A DNA stretch of 64,000 nucleotides. Source: Thermoanaerobaculia bacterium. Its GTDB lineage: Bacteria > Acidobacteriota > Thermoanaerobaculia > UBA5066. Under the pieces are notes generated by a model. That model had not been told where the DNA came from. It saw only the letters and a program-made list of their open reading frames with translations, and did not search any database. Where the stretch lies: assembly GCA_963816185.1 (NCBI GenBank), contig CAWFJJ010000024.1, positions 64,001-128,000 on the forward strand. Direction: 5' to 3'. Every line of letters starts with the position of its first letter. Position 1 is the stretch's first letter. A program made the translations under genes and the position numbers. This document shows positions 49,837 through 61,200 of this stretch, piece after piece.

Positions 49837-50820
49837 ATGTTTCACGCCACGATCGCCGGCACGGGCCGGGCCGTTCCGGACCGGATCCTGACGAACGCGG
49901 ATCTCGCGACGATGGTCGAGACCTCCGATGAATGGATCACGTCCCGCACGGGCATTCGCGAGCGCCGCATCGTCAGCGAGGGAGACGTGCTTTCGGACTT
50001 CTGCGTGCGCGCGGCGCTGCCTGCTCTCGCCGACGCCGGAGTCGCGGCCGCCGATCTCGACACGGTCATCCTGTCGACCTGCACTCCCGATCACTTGATC
50101 CCCGGCGCCGCGCCGGTCGTGCAGCACAAGCTGGGCGCGAAGAAGGCCGCCGCGTTCGACCTGAACGCCGCCTGCTCGGGCTGGCTCTACGGGCTTCACG
50201 TGGCGGACGGGCTCATTCAATCGGGCAAGGCGAGGAACATCCTTCTCGTCGGCGCCGAGTTCCTGACGCGCTTCGTGGATTACACCGACCGAAACACGTG
50301 CGTCCTCTTCGGAGACGGCGCGGGCGCCACCGTCCTCAAGGCGACGAAGGCCGACCACGGCGTTCTCTCGACGTCGATCCACTCGGACGGAGAGGGCGCT
50401 CCCTTCATCTCGATGCCTGGCGGCGGCTCCACGTTCCCGCCAAATCGTCCCGAGACGCTCGAGAAGAAGCTTCCGTTCATTCAGATGAAGGGCGGCGAGA
50501 CGTTCAAGGTCGCGATCCGATCGATGGTAGAGGTCAGCAAGTTCGTCCTCGCCGAGAGCGGCTTCACGACCGCCGACGTGGACTGGCTCCTCCCGCACCA
50601 GGCGAACGAGCGGATCCTCACGGCCACGGCCGACAGGCTCCAGGTTCCGCCCGAGCGCTGCATGAACAACATCGGGCGCTACGGGAACACGAGCTCGGCC
50701 TCGATTCCGATCGCGCTCGACGAGTACGCGCGTGATGGGCGCCTGAAGCGCGGAGACCTCATCCTGATCACCGCGTTCGGCGGCGGGCTCACGTGGGGTG
50801 CCGCGCTCGTCCGCTGGTGA
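49837..50820 (+). CDS. fabH: 3-oxoacyl-ACP synthase III
   Basis: WITSRTGI.ERR, AACSG, LFGDGAGA, PHQAN, YGNTSSAS, GGGLTWG. Confidence 0.95.
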   Translation: MFHATIAGTGRAVPDRILTNADLATMVETSDEWITSRTGIRERRIVSEGDVLSDFCVRAALPALADAGVAAADLDTVILSTCTPDHLIPGAAPVVQHKLGAKKAAAFDLNAACSGWLYGLHVADGLIQSGKARNILLVGAEFLTRFVDYTDRNTCVLFGDGAGATVLKATKADHGVLSTSIHSDGEGAPFISMPGGGSTFPPNRPETLEKKLPFIQMKGGETFKVAIRSMVEVSKFVLAESGFTTADVDWLLPHQANERILTATADRLQVPPERCMNNIGRYGNTSSASIPIALDEYARDGRLKRGDLILITAFGGGLTWGAALVRW

Positions 50821-50824
50821 GAAG

Positions 50825-51754
50825 GTGAGCCTCGCGTTCCTCTTCCCGGGCCAGGGCTCGCAGTTCGCCGGCATGGGGCGGGACCTCGCGGCCTCCTTTC
50901 CGGAGGCTCGACACGTCTACGAGCGGGCGGACGCGGCGCTCGAGCCGCTCGGCCTGTCCGTTTCGAAGGTCTCCTTCGAAGGCAGCGACGAGGATCTGAA
51001 GCAGACCGCGGTCACGCAGCCCGCGATCCTCACGCACGCCGTGGCGGTGCTCGAGGTCCTGAAGGCGAAGGGAGTCACGCCGTCGGTCGCGGCCGGCCAC
51101 TCGCTCGGCGAATATGCCGCGCTCGTCGCCGCGGGTGCGCTTGCGCTCGAGGACGCGGTCGTTCTCGTCCGGCGCCGCGGCCTCTTCATGCAGGAAGCCG
51201 TCCCGCCGGGAGAGGGCGCCATGTCGGCGGTCATCGGCCTTGCCCCCGAGGTCGTCGCCGAGGCGTGCGCAGAAGCGGCCTCCGCGACGGGCGAGATCTG
51301 CTCGCCTGCGAATTTCAACTCGCCGGAGCAGACCGTCATCGCGGGGAGCGCCGCAGGCGTCGCGAAGGCCGCGGAGGTCCTGAAGAAGAAGGGCGCCAAG
51401 CGCGTCCTTCCGCTCCCGGTCTCCGCGCCGTTTCACTGCGCGCTCATGAAGCCTGCCGAGAAGAAGCTCGTGCCGTTTCTCGCGACGGCGGCGTTTCGTC
51501 CGCTCGCGATTCCGGTCGTCACGAACGTGGACGCCCGCGAGACCACGGATCCCGAAGCCGCGCGCGACTCGCTTCGGCGCCAGATCTGCTCACCCGTGCG
51601 CTGGGTCGAATCCGTGCAGCGCCTCGCGAGCCTCGCCCCGTCGGCGGTCGAGGTCGGGCCGGGGACGGTCCTCGCGGGCCTCGCGAAGCGAATCGCGAAG
51701 GACTGGCCCGTGAAGACGACGTCCACTGCCGTGGCGCTTGCGACGTTCGCCTGA
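50825..51754 (+). CDS. fabD: Malonyl-CoA:ACP transacylase
   Basis: FPGQGSQ, TQPA, GHSLGE, VSAPFHC, PVRW. Confidence 0.95.
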   Translation: MSLAFLFPGQGSQFAGMGRDLAASFPEARHVYERADAALEPLGLSVSKVSFEGSDEDLKQTAVTQPAILTHAVAVLEVLKAKGVTPSVAAGHSLGEYAALVAAGALALEDAVVLVRRRGLFMQEAVPPGEGAMSAVIGLAPEVVAEACAEAASATGEICSPANFNSPEQTVIAGSAAGVAKAAEVLKKKGAKRVLPLPVSAPFHCALMKPAEKKLVPFLATAAFRPLAIPVVTNVDARETTDPEAARDSLRRQICSPVRWVESVQRLASLAPSAVEVGPGTVLAGLAKRIAKDWPVKTTSTAVALATFA

Positions 51755-51773
51755 CGGAGAAAGGAAGCTCGGA

Positions 51774-52532
51774 ATGGCTCTTTCGTTCTCGCTCGAGGGA
51801 AAGGTCGCGCTCGTCACCGGCGGCTCGCAAGGCATCGGGGAGTCGATCGCGCACGCGCTCGGTGCGGCGGGCGCGCACGTCGTCGTCGCCGCCCGCAGTG
51901 AAGACAAGGCGGCCGCCGTCGTGCAGGCGATCACCTCGTCGGGCGGCCGGGCCGAAGCCCTGCGCCTCGACGTCACCGACCCCGGGTCCGTCTCTCAGGC
52001 GTTCAAGGCGGTCGTGGAGAAGCATGGAAGGCTCGACGTCCTCGTGAACAACGCGGGCATCACGGACGACGGCCTCATCCTCCGGATGTCGAAGGAGTCC
52101 TGGGACAAGGTCGTCGCGACCGACCTCACGGGGGTCTTCCTGTGCGCCCAGGAGGCCGCGAAGGTCATGCTGAAGAAACGGGTTCCGGGGCGCATCGTGA
52201 ACATCACGTCCGTCGTGGGGCTCATGGGGAACCCGGGCCAGACGAACTACGCCGCGGCCAAGGCCGGCGTCGTCGGGTTCACGAAAGCGCTCGCGCGCGA
52301 GATCGGCTCGCGGGGAATCACCGTGAACGCCGTCGCTCCGGGCTACATCGAGACGTCCATGACGGGTGTGCTGAACGAGGACCAGAAGAAGGCGCTCGTC
52401 GGCCAGATCGTCCTCGGGCGGCTCGGAACGGGAACCGACGTCGCGGGCGCCGTCCTCTACCTCGCCTCCGACGCGGCCGCTTACGTGACCGGGACCTGTC
52501 TCAACGTGAGCGGCGGGCTCTACATCGGATAG
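51774..52532 (+). CDS. fabG: 3-oxoacyl-ACP reductase
   Basis: [34 protein letters not shown]. Confidence 0.95.
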   Translation: MALSFSLEGKVALVTGGSQGIGESIAHALGAAGAHVVVAARSEDKAAAVVQAITSSGGRAEALRLDVTDPGSVSQAFKAVVEKHGRLDVLVNNAGITDDGLILRMSKESWDKVVATDLTGVFLCAQEAAKVMLKKRVPGRIVNITSVVGLMGNPGQTNYAAAKAGVVGFTKALAREIGSRGITVNAVAPGYIETSMTGVLNEDQKKALVGQIVLGRLGTGTDVAGAVLYLASDAAAYVTGTCLNVSGGLYIG

Positions 52533-52612
52533 ACTCCGCACTCTTGAATTCGGGTCCCGGCAGCCCTCAGAATGCCGGTCTTTCAGACGACGAAGATTTT
52601 CGGAGGATCGCG

Positions 52613-52858
52613 ATGGCGAATTCGGTGGAAGACAAGGTCAAGGGCATCATCGTGGAGCAGCTCGGCGTCCAGGCGGACGAGGTGAAGCCCGAGGCCTCTT
52701 TCGTGGACGACCTCGGCGCGGACTCTCTCGACACGGTCGAGCTGGTCATGGCCTTCGAGGAGGCGTTCGGCATCGAGATCCCGGACGAGGACGCCGAGAA
52801 GATCCAGAAGGTCAAGGACGCGGTCGCTTACATCGAGTCACACGCGAAGCCGGCCTGA
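52613..52858 (+). CDS. acpP: Acyl carrier protein
   Basis: [30 protein letters not shown]. Confidence 0.96.
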   Translation: MANSVEDKVKGIIVEQLGVQADEVKPEASFVDDLGADSLDTVELVMAFEEAFGIEIPDEDAEKIQKVKDAVAYIESHAKPA

Positions 52859-52877
52859 TCCGGGGCTGCCTCGACGC

Positions 52878-54149
52878 GTGTCCGCGATTCCAGCTCCCCT
52901 CCTCGACGGCCGCGGCCGGCGGCGCGTGGCCGTGACGGGCGTCGGCCTCATATCCCCGGTCGGCCTCACGGCGAAGGAGAACTGGGCCAGCCTGACGGCG
53001 GGCGTCTCCGGCATCGGGATGATCACCCGCTTCGATGCCACGGACTACGCGTGCCGGATCGCCGGCGAGGTGAAGGGGTTCGACCCCTCCGCGTTCCTCG
53101 AGAAGAAGGAAGTCAAGAAGTTCGATACGTTCATTCACTTTGCCGTCGCGGCGGCGAAAGAGGCGATGACCGACTCGGGCCTCGTGGTCACGCCCGGGAA
53201 CGCCGAGCGCGTGGGCGTGTGCATCGGCTCGGGAATCGGCGGCCTGCCGCTCATCGAGGAGACGCACAAGATCGTCCTCCAGAAAGGGCCCCGGCGGATC
53301 AGCCCGTTTTTCATTCCGGGTCTCATCGTGAACATGTGCTCGGGCCTCGTCTCGATCCAGACGGGTGCCAAAGGACCGAATTCCGCCACGGCCACCGCGT
53401 GCGCGACGTCGGCCCATGCGGTCGGCGACGCGGCGAACGCCATCCGTCGCGGAGACGCCGACGCGATGATCGCGGGCGGCTCGGAGGCCGTCATCACGAC
53501 GCTGGCGGTCGGCGGCTTCTCGGCGATGCGCGCTCTCTCGACGCGCAACGACGATCCGAAAGGAGCGTCGCGGCCGTGGGACAAGGACCGCGACGGCTTC
53601 GTCCTCGGTGAAGGGGCGGGCATCGTCGTACTCGAGGACCTGGCCCAGGCGAAGGCGCGCGGCGCCTCGATTTACGCGGAACTCGCGGGCTACGGCATGT
53701 CCGGCGACGCGTTCCACATCTCGGCGCCTTCCGAGGACGGCGACGGCCCGTTTCGCGTCATGCGCAACACGCTTCTCGACGCGGGCGTGAACCCGGACGA
53801 AGTCGTCTACATCAACGCACACGGCACGTCCACGCCGCACGGTGACCGCATCGAGACGATCGCCATCAAGCGGGTCTTCGGCGACCACGCACGGAAGCTC
53901 GCCGTTTCGTCCACGAAGTCCATGACGGGGCATCTTCTGGGCGCGGCGGGGGGGCTCGAGGCCGGCATCATGGCGCTCGCGATGCGCCACGGCGTGGTCC
54001 CGCCCACGATCAACTACGCGACTCCCGACCCCGAGTGCGACCTCGACTACACGCCGAACACGGCGCGTGCGCTCAAGCTCCCCGTCGCCTTGTCGAACTC
54101 CTTCGGATTTGGCGGGACGAACGCCAGTCTCCTCATGCGGGCGGTCTGA
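52878..54149 (+). CDS. fabF: 3-oxoacyl-ACP synthase II
   Basis: [48 protein letters not shown]. Confidence 0.96.
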   Translation: MSAIPAPLLDGRGRRRVAVTGVGLISPVGLTAKENWASLTAGVSGIGMITRFDATDYACRIAGEVKGFDPSAFLEKKEVKKFDTFIHFAVAAAKEAMTDSGLVVTPGNAERVGVCIGSGIGGLPLIEETHKIVLQKGPRRISPFFIPGLIVNMCSGLVSIQTGAKGPNSATATACATSAHAVGDAANAIRRGDADAMIAGGSEAVITTLAVGGFSAMRALSTRNDDPKGASRPWDKDRDGFVLGEGAGIVVLEDLAQAKARGASIYAELAGYGMSGDAFHISAPSEDGDGPFRVMRNTLLDAGVNPDEVVYINAHGTSTPHGDRIETIAIKRVFGDHARKLAVSSTKSMTGHLLGAAGGLEAGIMALAMRHGVVPPTINYATPDPECDLDYTPNTARALKLPVALSNSFGFGGTNASLLMRAV

Positions 54150-54228
54150 CGGGGCGCTGCTAACATGAGAGCGCCAAACGGAGGACACCGAGATTCGACG
54201 CGTCACCGTCATCGCGGCCGCCGTCGCG

Positions 54229-56247
54229 ATGCTCGCGATCTTCGGAATTGGATTCGTCTTCGTCCGTACGCGGAGGCCCTTTCTCGCGCGGTTCCGTCCT
54301 GACGTCGACGAGCTCGTGTCGCCCGAGAGGATCGGCGAGACGCTCGAAACCCTCGCGAAGAGCCCGCACCGGGCGGGCACGCCCGCGAACGCCGCGGTCG
54401 CGGACGAGATCGCGCGCCGGCTCGCGAACGCCGGCCTGAAGACCTGGAGCGACGTACACGAGGTCGAGCTGTGGGAGCCCGAGACGCTCTCGCTCGCGCT
54501 CACGAAGCCCGTATCGCGCGCCTTCGACCTGCACGAGCGCGCCCTCGCCGAGGATCCGGCAACGGCCGTCGCGAAGGACGAGCTGCCTTTTCTCGCGTAC
54601 GCGCCGGATGCCGATCTCGAAGCGCCGGTCGTGTATGCGGGCTTCGGGGGACCCGAGAACTTCGAGGCTCTGCGCAAAACGGGTGTCGACGTGCGCGGAA
54701 AGATCGCCCTCGTCAAGGCGCAGGGCGTCTGCCGCGGGATGAAGATCCTCGCGGCCGAGCGCGCGGGAGTCGCGGGGCTTCTCGTCTACGTCGAGCCGCG
54801 CGACCAGGGCATCGTCAAGCCGCCTTATCCCCAGGGCCCGTCCACGAACCGATGGGCCGTCTCGCGCGGCACGCTCCTGAAGTACTTTCTCCGGCCGGGC
54901 GATCCCGCGCGTGCGAAGGCGATGGGCGTCGACACGCTGCCGAAGATCCCCGCGCTCGCGATCTCGGGCGAAGTCGCCGAGGCGCTGCTTCGCGAAATGG
55001 CGGGCCCGGCGTGCCCGCCGGACTGGAAAGGTCTCCTCGATGCGCCGTACGCGCTCGGTCCGGGGCCGGCGCGCGTGCGGATGACGGTGCGGGGGAAGAG
55101 GGTGCGTGCCTCTCTCCGCAACGTCCTTGCGACGATTCCCGGCGCCGACCCTCTGGCATCGCCCGTGATCGTCGGCAACCATTCCGACGCCTGGGTTTAC
55201 GGAGCGGTCGATCCCTCGTCCGGCACGGCGGCCGTGCTCGAGACGGCTACCGTTCTCGCTCACCTGGCCAGGCACGGCTGGAAGCCTTCGCGTCCCGTCG
55301 TCTTCGCGTTTTTCGACGGCGAAGAGCCCGGGATGCTCGGCTCCACGCTTTGGCTCGAGGAGCGCCTCGCGAGCGGAGACATCCCCGCTCTCGCCTTCGT
55401 CAACGTGGATTCCGCCGTCCGCGCGAACGACCTCTACACGAGCGCGACGCCGGGCCTCCGCGGTCTCCTCGCCGACCTGTTGCGGGTCGTACGCGACCCG
55501 GCCTCGGGCAGGACGCTCGCGGAAACCTCCGGTAAGCCCGATCTGCCGGGCTTCTCCAGCGACACGGCGCCGTTTCTCGGCTTCTCCGCAACACCCGTCG
55601 CCGAGCTGGGGTTCGGCCGCTGGTACGGGAGCTACCACACGCTCTACGACACGGTGACCTGGGTGAAGCGCTTCGGCGATCCCGGCTACGCGCGAAACGC
55701 GACGCTCAGCCGCGTCCTCGCTCTTTACGCGGGAATGCTCGCGACCCCGAGGCTTTTCCCCTTGCGTTTCAGCGAGATCGCCGATTTTGCGGGCCGCAAG
55801 ATTCGTGAAATGCAGGCGCGTCATCCTTCGTCGATCGGATGGATGACGCAGATCGCGCGGCCGCTCTCGAGCCAGCTCGATCTTTTCGAGTCCGAGGCGC
55901 ACGCGTGGGACGCCCGGGTGAACGCCGCGCACCGCCCGGCAAAGGATGCGGGCAGGTTCGATCGGCTCGTCTCGGTCGCGCTCGGCGCGTTCACCGCACC
56001 CGGCGCGCCGTTCGGACGAGCGTGCCGTCTCTGGGGGCCTTCGCTCGAGACGGGGTGCGGCGCCGCGGCGCTCCCGACGCTCGAAGAGGCCGTCGGACGC
56101 AACGACCGCGTGGCCGCGGCGAAGGAGATCGGACGCCTCGCGGGTGCGTTCTCCCGCGCACGCGACGAGCTCGTCCTGGCGAATCGGATGGCCGAAGGCA
56201 GCGGCCGTCCCCCGCGGCCGACGCCCGGGATCTCGCGCAAGCAGTGA
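54229..56247 (+). CDS. M28 family peptidase (glutamate carboxypeptidase II-like, PA domain), membrane-anchored
   Basis: PHRAG, GNHSDAW, GAVDP.SG, FDGEE, NVDS, YHTLYD. Start uncertain: the in-frame hydrophobic stretch begins upstream. Confidence 0.85.
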   Translation: MLAIFGIGFVFVRTRRPFLARFRPDVDELVSPERIGETLETLAKSPHRAGTPANAAVADEIARRLANAGLKTWSDVHEVELWEPETLSLALTKPVSRAFDLHERALAEDPATAVAKDELPFLAYAPDADLEAPVVYAGFGGPENFEALRKTGVDVRGKIALVKAQGVCRGMKILAAERAGVAGLLVYVEPRDQGIVKPPYPQGPSTNRWAVSRGTLLKYFLRPGDPARAKAMGVDTLPKIPALAISGEVAEALLREMAGPACPPDWKGLLDAPYALGPGPARVRMTVRGKRVRASLRNVLATIPGADPLASPVIVGNHSDAWVYGAVDPSSGTAAVLETATVLAHLARHGWKPSRPVVFAFFDGEEPGMLGSTLWLEERLASGDIPALAFVNVDSAVRANDLYTSATPGLRGLLADLLRVVRDPASGRTLAETSGKPDLPGFSSDTAPFLGFSATPVAELGFGRWYGSYHTLYDTVTWVKRFGDPGYARNATLSRVLALYAGMLATPRLFPLRFSEIADFAGRKIREMQARHPSSIGWMTQIARPLSSQLDLFESEAHAWDARVNAAHRPAKDAGRFDRLVSVALGAFTAPGAPFGRACRLWGPSLETGCGAAALPTLEEAVGRNDRVAAAKEIGRLAGAFSRARDELVLANRMAEGSGRPPRPTPGISRKQ

Positions 56248-58226
56248 CGCGCCGCCCGAGCGCCGCCGTCTTTCTGGCTCTGGTCTCGCTCGCGGCCTGT
56301 TCCGGCCGCGACCCGCTCGCGAGGCGCGCGACGCGTCTCGAGTCGCTCGTGGACGCCTCGCGAATGAAGAGAAACGTGGAAACCCTCGCGCGCGTCCCGC
56401 ACCGTGCGGGAAGCCCGGCGCAGCGCGTCGTCGTCGAGACGACCGCTGAATTCCTCCGAGCCGCGGGCCTCGAGCCGGTGATCTCCGAGCACGCCGTGGA
56501 CATTCCCGAGCCCGTCGAAGCCTCGCTCGCGGTCGAAGGGCCTTCCGGGCGCACGTTCGATCTCGCCGAGCGAGAGCTCGCCGGCGATCCATACTCGGCG
56601 ACCGCGCCGGCGGAGACGCCGTTCTTCGCGTGGACGCCCGATGGCGACGTCTCGGCCCGGGTCGTTTATGCGAATCACGGCGCGCGAGAAGACTACGACG
56701 TTCTGCGCCGGGCCGGCGTCTCGGTGAAAGGAGCGATCGTCCTCGCGCGGGCTCAGGGCGTCTGCCGCTCCATGAAGTCCCTTCTCGCGGAGGAAGCGGG
56801 CGCCGCCGGCCTCCTCCTTTATCCCGAGCGCCGCGATCTGGGGATCGTCAAGCCGGATTTTCCAGCCGGGCCGTACCTGAACCGGTGGACCGTGCAGCGC
56901 GGCTCGATGCTGCGCTATTTCCTGCGGCCGGGCGATCCGGATTGCGCGGCATGCCGTGCCCTGCCTCGACTTCGTCCGGCGCTGCCCGCGCTGCCCGTGT
57001 CGGAGAGCGTCGCGAAGGATCTGCTGGGACGCATGGAGGGGCCGCTGGCGCCCGAAGAGTGGATCGGGTGGCTCGGAGTTCCGTATCGACTCGGCGCGAC
57101 CCGGGAGAACGTCCGGCTGCACACGCGTTCGCGTACCGTGAGGCGCGTGCTCCGCAACGTCACCGCGGTGGTCGCGGGGCGTAGGCGCGAGGCCGGCGCC
57201 GTCGTCGTCGGCGCACACACAGACGCCTGGGTGAACGGCGCCGTGGACCCTGTCTCGGGCGCTGCCTCCGTCCTGGAGACCGCGGCGGCCCTTTCGGCCC
57301 TCGCCCGCGACGGCTGGAAGCCGGAACGCGACATTGTCTTCACGCTGTTCGACGGCGAGGAGTACGGGATGCTCGGCTCGACGCTCTGGGTCGAAGAGCG
57401 CCTGGCCGCGCGCGCCCCGCCGATGGCGGCGTTCCTCTTCGTCGACTCTTCCGTGCGTGCCCTCGACTTCATGGCCGACGTTTCGCCGGGCATGAGGGAC
57501 GCGCTCGACGAGGTCCTCGGGCAGATCACCGATCCGGTCTCCGGTCACATTCTTCTGTCCGTGCGCGGGGTGCCTCAGCTTCCCGGCTTCAGCGGCGACA
57601 CGTCGCCCTTCCTCGGTCTCGGCGGCGTCCCGTCGGCTGAGTTCGGGTTCGGGCGGCGCACGTATCCGCAATACCACTCGGCATATGACGATCCGTATCT
57701 GCTCGGTCGGATCCTCGATCCGGGCTATCGCGTCAGCGCGACGCTCGCGCGCATCCTGGCGCTCTTCACGTCGGTGCTTGCGGAGTCGCCCGAGCCGCCG
57801 TGGCGCTTCTCCGAGGTCGCGGCGTTCCTGGACGACGAGCTTTCGAAGCTCGGGAAAGACCCGTCCTCCTCCCGTCTCGCACGCCGGAGCGACCTTTTCG
57901 TGGCGACGGTACGGTTGCGGCTCGCGGCCCGGGAGTGGGAGTCGCTCGACACGGCGCGCCGCCGGCTCGCCGCGGAAAAAGCCGAGCCTCTCCTTCTCGA
58001 CGCCATGGCCGCATTTCACGACGCGGCCGCGCCCGAGTTCGCGCGCCGCAATCTCCTCCTCGGGCCGTCGGCCGAAACCGGCTGCGGCACGGAGACGCTG
58101 CCCGGCCTTCGGCGGGCGCTGCACGGCGACGGCTCGGTCGATGCCGAGGCCGCGCGGCTGGTGCGCGCTCTCACGACGGCGGCCTCGAAGGTGCGCGAGG
58201 CCGTACGAATCGCAGCGGCAAGCTGA
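56244..58226 (+). CDS. M28 family peptidase paralog, lipoprotein
   Basis: GTGA overlap; lipobox LAAC; GAHTDAW, GAVDP.SG, FDGEEYG, FVDS, YHSAYD. Confidence 0.85.
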   Translation: MTRRPSAAVFLALVSLAACSGRDPLARRATRLESLVDASRMKRNVETLARVPHRAGSPAQRVVVETTAEFLRAAGLEPVISEHAVDIPEPVEASLAVEGPSGRTFDLAERELAGDPYSATAPAETPFFAWTPDGDVSARVVYANHGAREDYDVLRRAGVSVKGAIVLARAQGVCRSMKSLLAEEAGAAGLLLYPERRDLGIVKPDFPAGPYLNRWTVQRGSMLRYFLRPGDPDCAACRALPRLRPALPALPVSESVAKDLLGRMEGPLAPEEWIGWLGVPYRLGATRENVRLHTRSRTVRRVLRNVTAVVAGRRREAGAVVVGAHTDAWVNGAVDPVSGAASVLETAAALSALARDGWKPERDIVFTLFDGEEYGMLGSTLWVEERLAARAPPMAAFLFVDSSVRALDFMADVSPGMRDALDEVLGQITDPVSGHILLSVRGVPQLPGFSGDTSPFLGLGGVPSAEFGFGRRTYPQYHSAYDDPYLLGRILDPGYRVSATLARILALFTSVLAESPEPPWRFSEVAAFLDDELSKLGKDPSSSRLARRSDLFVATVRLRLAAREWESLDTARRRLAAEKAEPLLLDAMAAFHDAAAPEFARRNLLLGPSAETGCGTETLPGLRRALHGDGSVDAEAARLVRALTTAASKVREAVRIAAAS

Positions 58227-58235
58227 CGCGGGGCT

Positions 58236-61200
58236 TCACCGGAAGTCGTGGCTGGGAAGATCGGGCAGCGAGGGAAGCGGCCAGAACCGCTCGGCCCTCA
58301 CCGAGACGTTTCCGCCTTCCTTCTGGAGCTTTCCTTCCACGACGAGGCCTCCCGAGCCCACGATGACCGATCGATGCTTCCGGAAGAGGTCGGGGCGCAC
58401 GATGGCTTGCACGATGCCGCTTTCGTCCTCGAGCGACAGGAAGACGAAGCCCTTCGCCGTGCCCGGCCTCTGCCTCACGATGACGGCGCCCGCGGTTTTC
58501 ACCCGTTCGCCCTCGGGCACGTTCCGGAGCTCCCCGGCCGACAGGATCGACCGCGCCGCGAGCGCCGGACGCAGATGCTCGAGGAGGTGCGGGCCAGCCG
58601 TCATGTCCGTCGCGCGATAGTCGGCGGTCGTCTCCTGAATGGCTGACATCTCGGGAAGAGGAGATTTCTGCGAAGAGGAAGAAAGAGGGAGAGATTCATA
58701 GAGGGTGCCGAGGGGATGGGAGATCTCCGCGACTTGCCAGAGGGCCGTGCGGCGGGAGACGCCGAGGGACAAGAGGGAACCGGAGTAGGCGATCAAGGTC
58801 ATCTCGTCGGGACGGAGCCGGCAGCGGCGCTGAAAGTCCGCCACATCCCGGAACGGTCCTCCGCGCGTTCTTTCGGCTTCGATGGCTTCTCCCGTCGTCT
58901 GCTTCAGCCCCTTGATGAAACGCATGCCGAGACGCACGGAGAGAGGACCATGATTTGGTTGCTTATATGCGTCGGCCGCTGATGCGGCCGACGACAGGGG
59001 CGAATCTGTCCCCGGCGGGCCGCTTTCAAGGGCGCGCTTCGCGCGCCGTGCAGCGGTCGAAGACCCTTGACAGCGCTCCGCCGTCGGACGCCTGGCCGCC
59101 GGGATACCCCGCTCCTTCGCGCGTGAACTCGCTTCGCTCAGACAGCACGCGCGTGCGTCGCGAGGTACCCCGGCGTCCCGCGCCCTATTCATATTCGAAG
59201 AAAAATCTTCTTCTTTCTCTTCCTCTCTCTCTACCCGGCAATCCCATCCCGAAAAGTTCACGTCGATCGGCAGGACCGCAGTGCCCTTGCGCTGGATGTC
59301 CTTCAGGATCGTCGCGGGGTGGTAGAAGCCCATCGGCCACGCGTTCAGGAGGCACGCCGTGAACGCCGCCGGGTGGTGCGCCTTCAGCCACGCGCTCGCG
59401 TACGCGATGAGCGCGAAGCTGGCCGCGTGCGACTCGGGGAAGCCGTAGAGCGCGAACGACGTGATGGACTTGACGATCTGGTCCTGCGCGGGCCCCGTGA
59501 TGCCTTTTTTCGCCATGCCCGAGCGCAGCCGCTCTTCAATCGCGCCCATGCGCTCCTCGGAGCGCTTGAAGCCCATCGCGCGGCGCAGCTCTTCCGCCTC
59601 GCCGCCCGTGAAGCCCGCGGCCACCATCGCGATCCTGAGGAGCTGCTCCTGGAAGAGCGGTACGCCGAGCGTGCGCTTCAGGATCGGCTCGAGGCACGGG
59701 TGCGGATACTCGACCGGCGCCTTGCCCTGCCGCCGGTCGAAGAACGGGTGCACCATCCCGCCCACGATCGGCCCCGGCCGGATGATCGCGACCTGCACGA
59801 CGATGTCGTAGAAGACCTTCGGCGCGTGGCGCGGGCAGCGAAGCCATCTGCGCGCGGCTCTCGACCTGGAAGAGGCCGATCGTGTCGGCTGCGCGGAGCA
59901 GCTCGTACACCTTCGGGTCGTCCGCGGGCAGGTGCGCGAGGTCCACGTCCACGCCCTCGTGCGCCTTGATCAGGGGCAGCATCTTCTCGATCGCGCCCAG
60001 CATCCCGAGGCCGAGGAGATCCACCTTCACGATGCCGAGGTCCGCGCAGTCGTCCTTGTCCCACTGGATGACGACGCGCCCTTCCATCGCCGCGGGCTCG
60101 AGCGGCACGACCTCGGACAGCTTTCCCATCGCCACGACCATCCCGCCCGAGTGCTGTCCGAGGTGGCGCGGCAGGCTCTGGACGCGCATGAAAAGCTTCC
60201 CGAAGTGCGCGACGCGCGGGTGTGCGGGGTCGAAGCCGGCGGCCGCCATCTCCTTCGCGAGATCGGCCGCGCCGTCGCGGTACTCGCCGAAGCTCCACGC
60301 CCCGAGGTGCTTCGCGATCGTGTCCACCTGCTCCGGCGAGAAGCCCAGGGCCTTCGCCATCTCGCGCGCGGCCGAACGGTCGCGGTACGTGATGACGTTC
60401 GCCGTCATCGCCGCGCCGTCGGCGCCGTACGTTTTGTAGACGTGCTGGATCACCTTCTCGCGCGGGTCGCCCGAGGGCAGGTCGAGGTCGATGTCGGGCC
60501 ACTCCCCGCGCTCCTCCGAGAGGAAGCGCTCGAAGAGAAGCTCCATCTTCACGGGATCCACCGCCGTGATCGAGAGCGCGTAGCACACGGCGCTGTTCGC
60601 GGCCGAGCCGCGCCCCTGCACGAGGATGTGCTCCTTCTTGCAGAAGTTCACGATGTCCCAGACGATGAGGAAGTAGCCCGCGAGGTCCAGCTTCGCGATG
60701 AGGTCGAGCTCCCGCTGGATCTGCGCCTGCGCCTTTCCCGTGAGCGGCCGGAAGCGCGAGCGCGCGCCTTCCCACGTGACGTGCCTGAGGAACGACGACG
60801 GCGTCTCGCCCGGTGGCAGCGGGTACGCGGGGAAGCGGTAGCCGAGGTCCGCGAGCGTGAAGGAAAGGCGCCCGCGCGAGCTCGGCGCTCCTTTCGAGGA
60901 CGCCCGGCAGATCCGCGAAGAGGGCCTCCATGTCGGCCGCGGACTTCAGGTGGCGCTCGCGCCCCGCGTGCAGCTTCGTGCCGGCCGCGTCGAGGTGCGT
61001 GTGGTGGCGGATGCACGTGAGAGCGTCGAAGAGGTCCTTGTCCTTCCGCGCCGCGTAGCGCGCGCCGTTCGTCGCGAGGACCGGCAGGCGCGCGGCGAGA
61101 GCGAGATCGAGGAGCGCGCGATTCAGGTGCTCCTCCGCGCGCAGGAAGTGGCGCTGCAGCTCCACGTGAAGGCGCCCCGGGAAGAGCGCCGTGAGGCGGT

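Noticed and set aside
58945-59232. Intein in DnaE2
   Set aside because: No C-terminal His-Asn followed by Cys/Ser/Thr and no Hint motifs; the DNA is explained by palindromic repeats.
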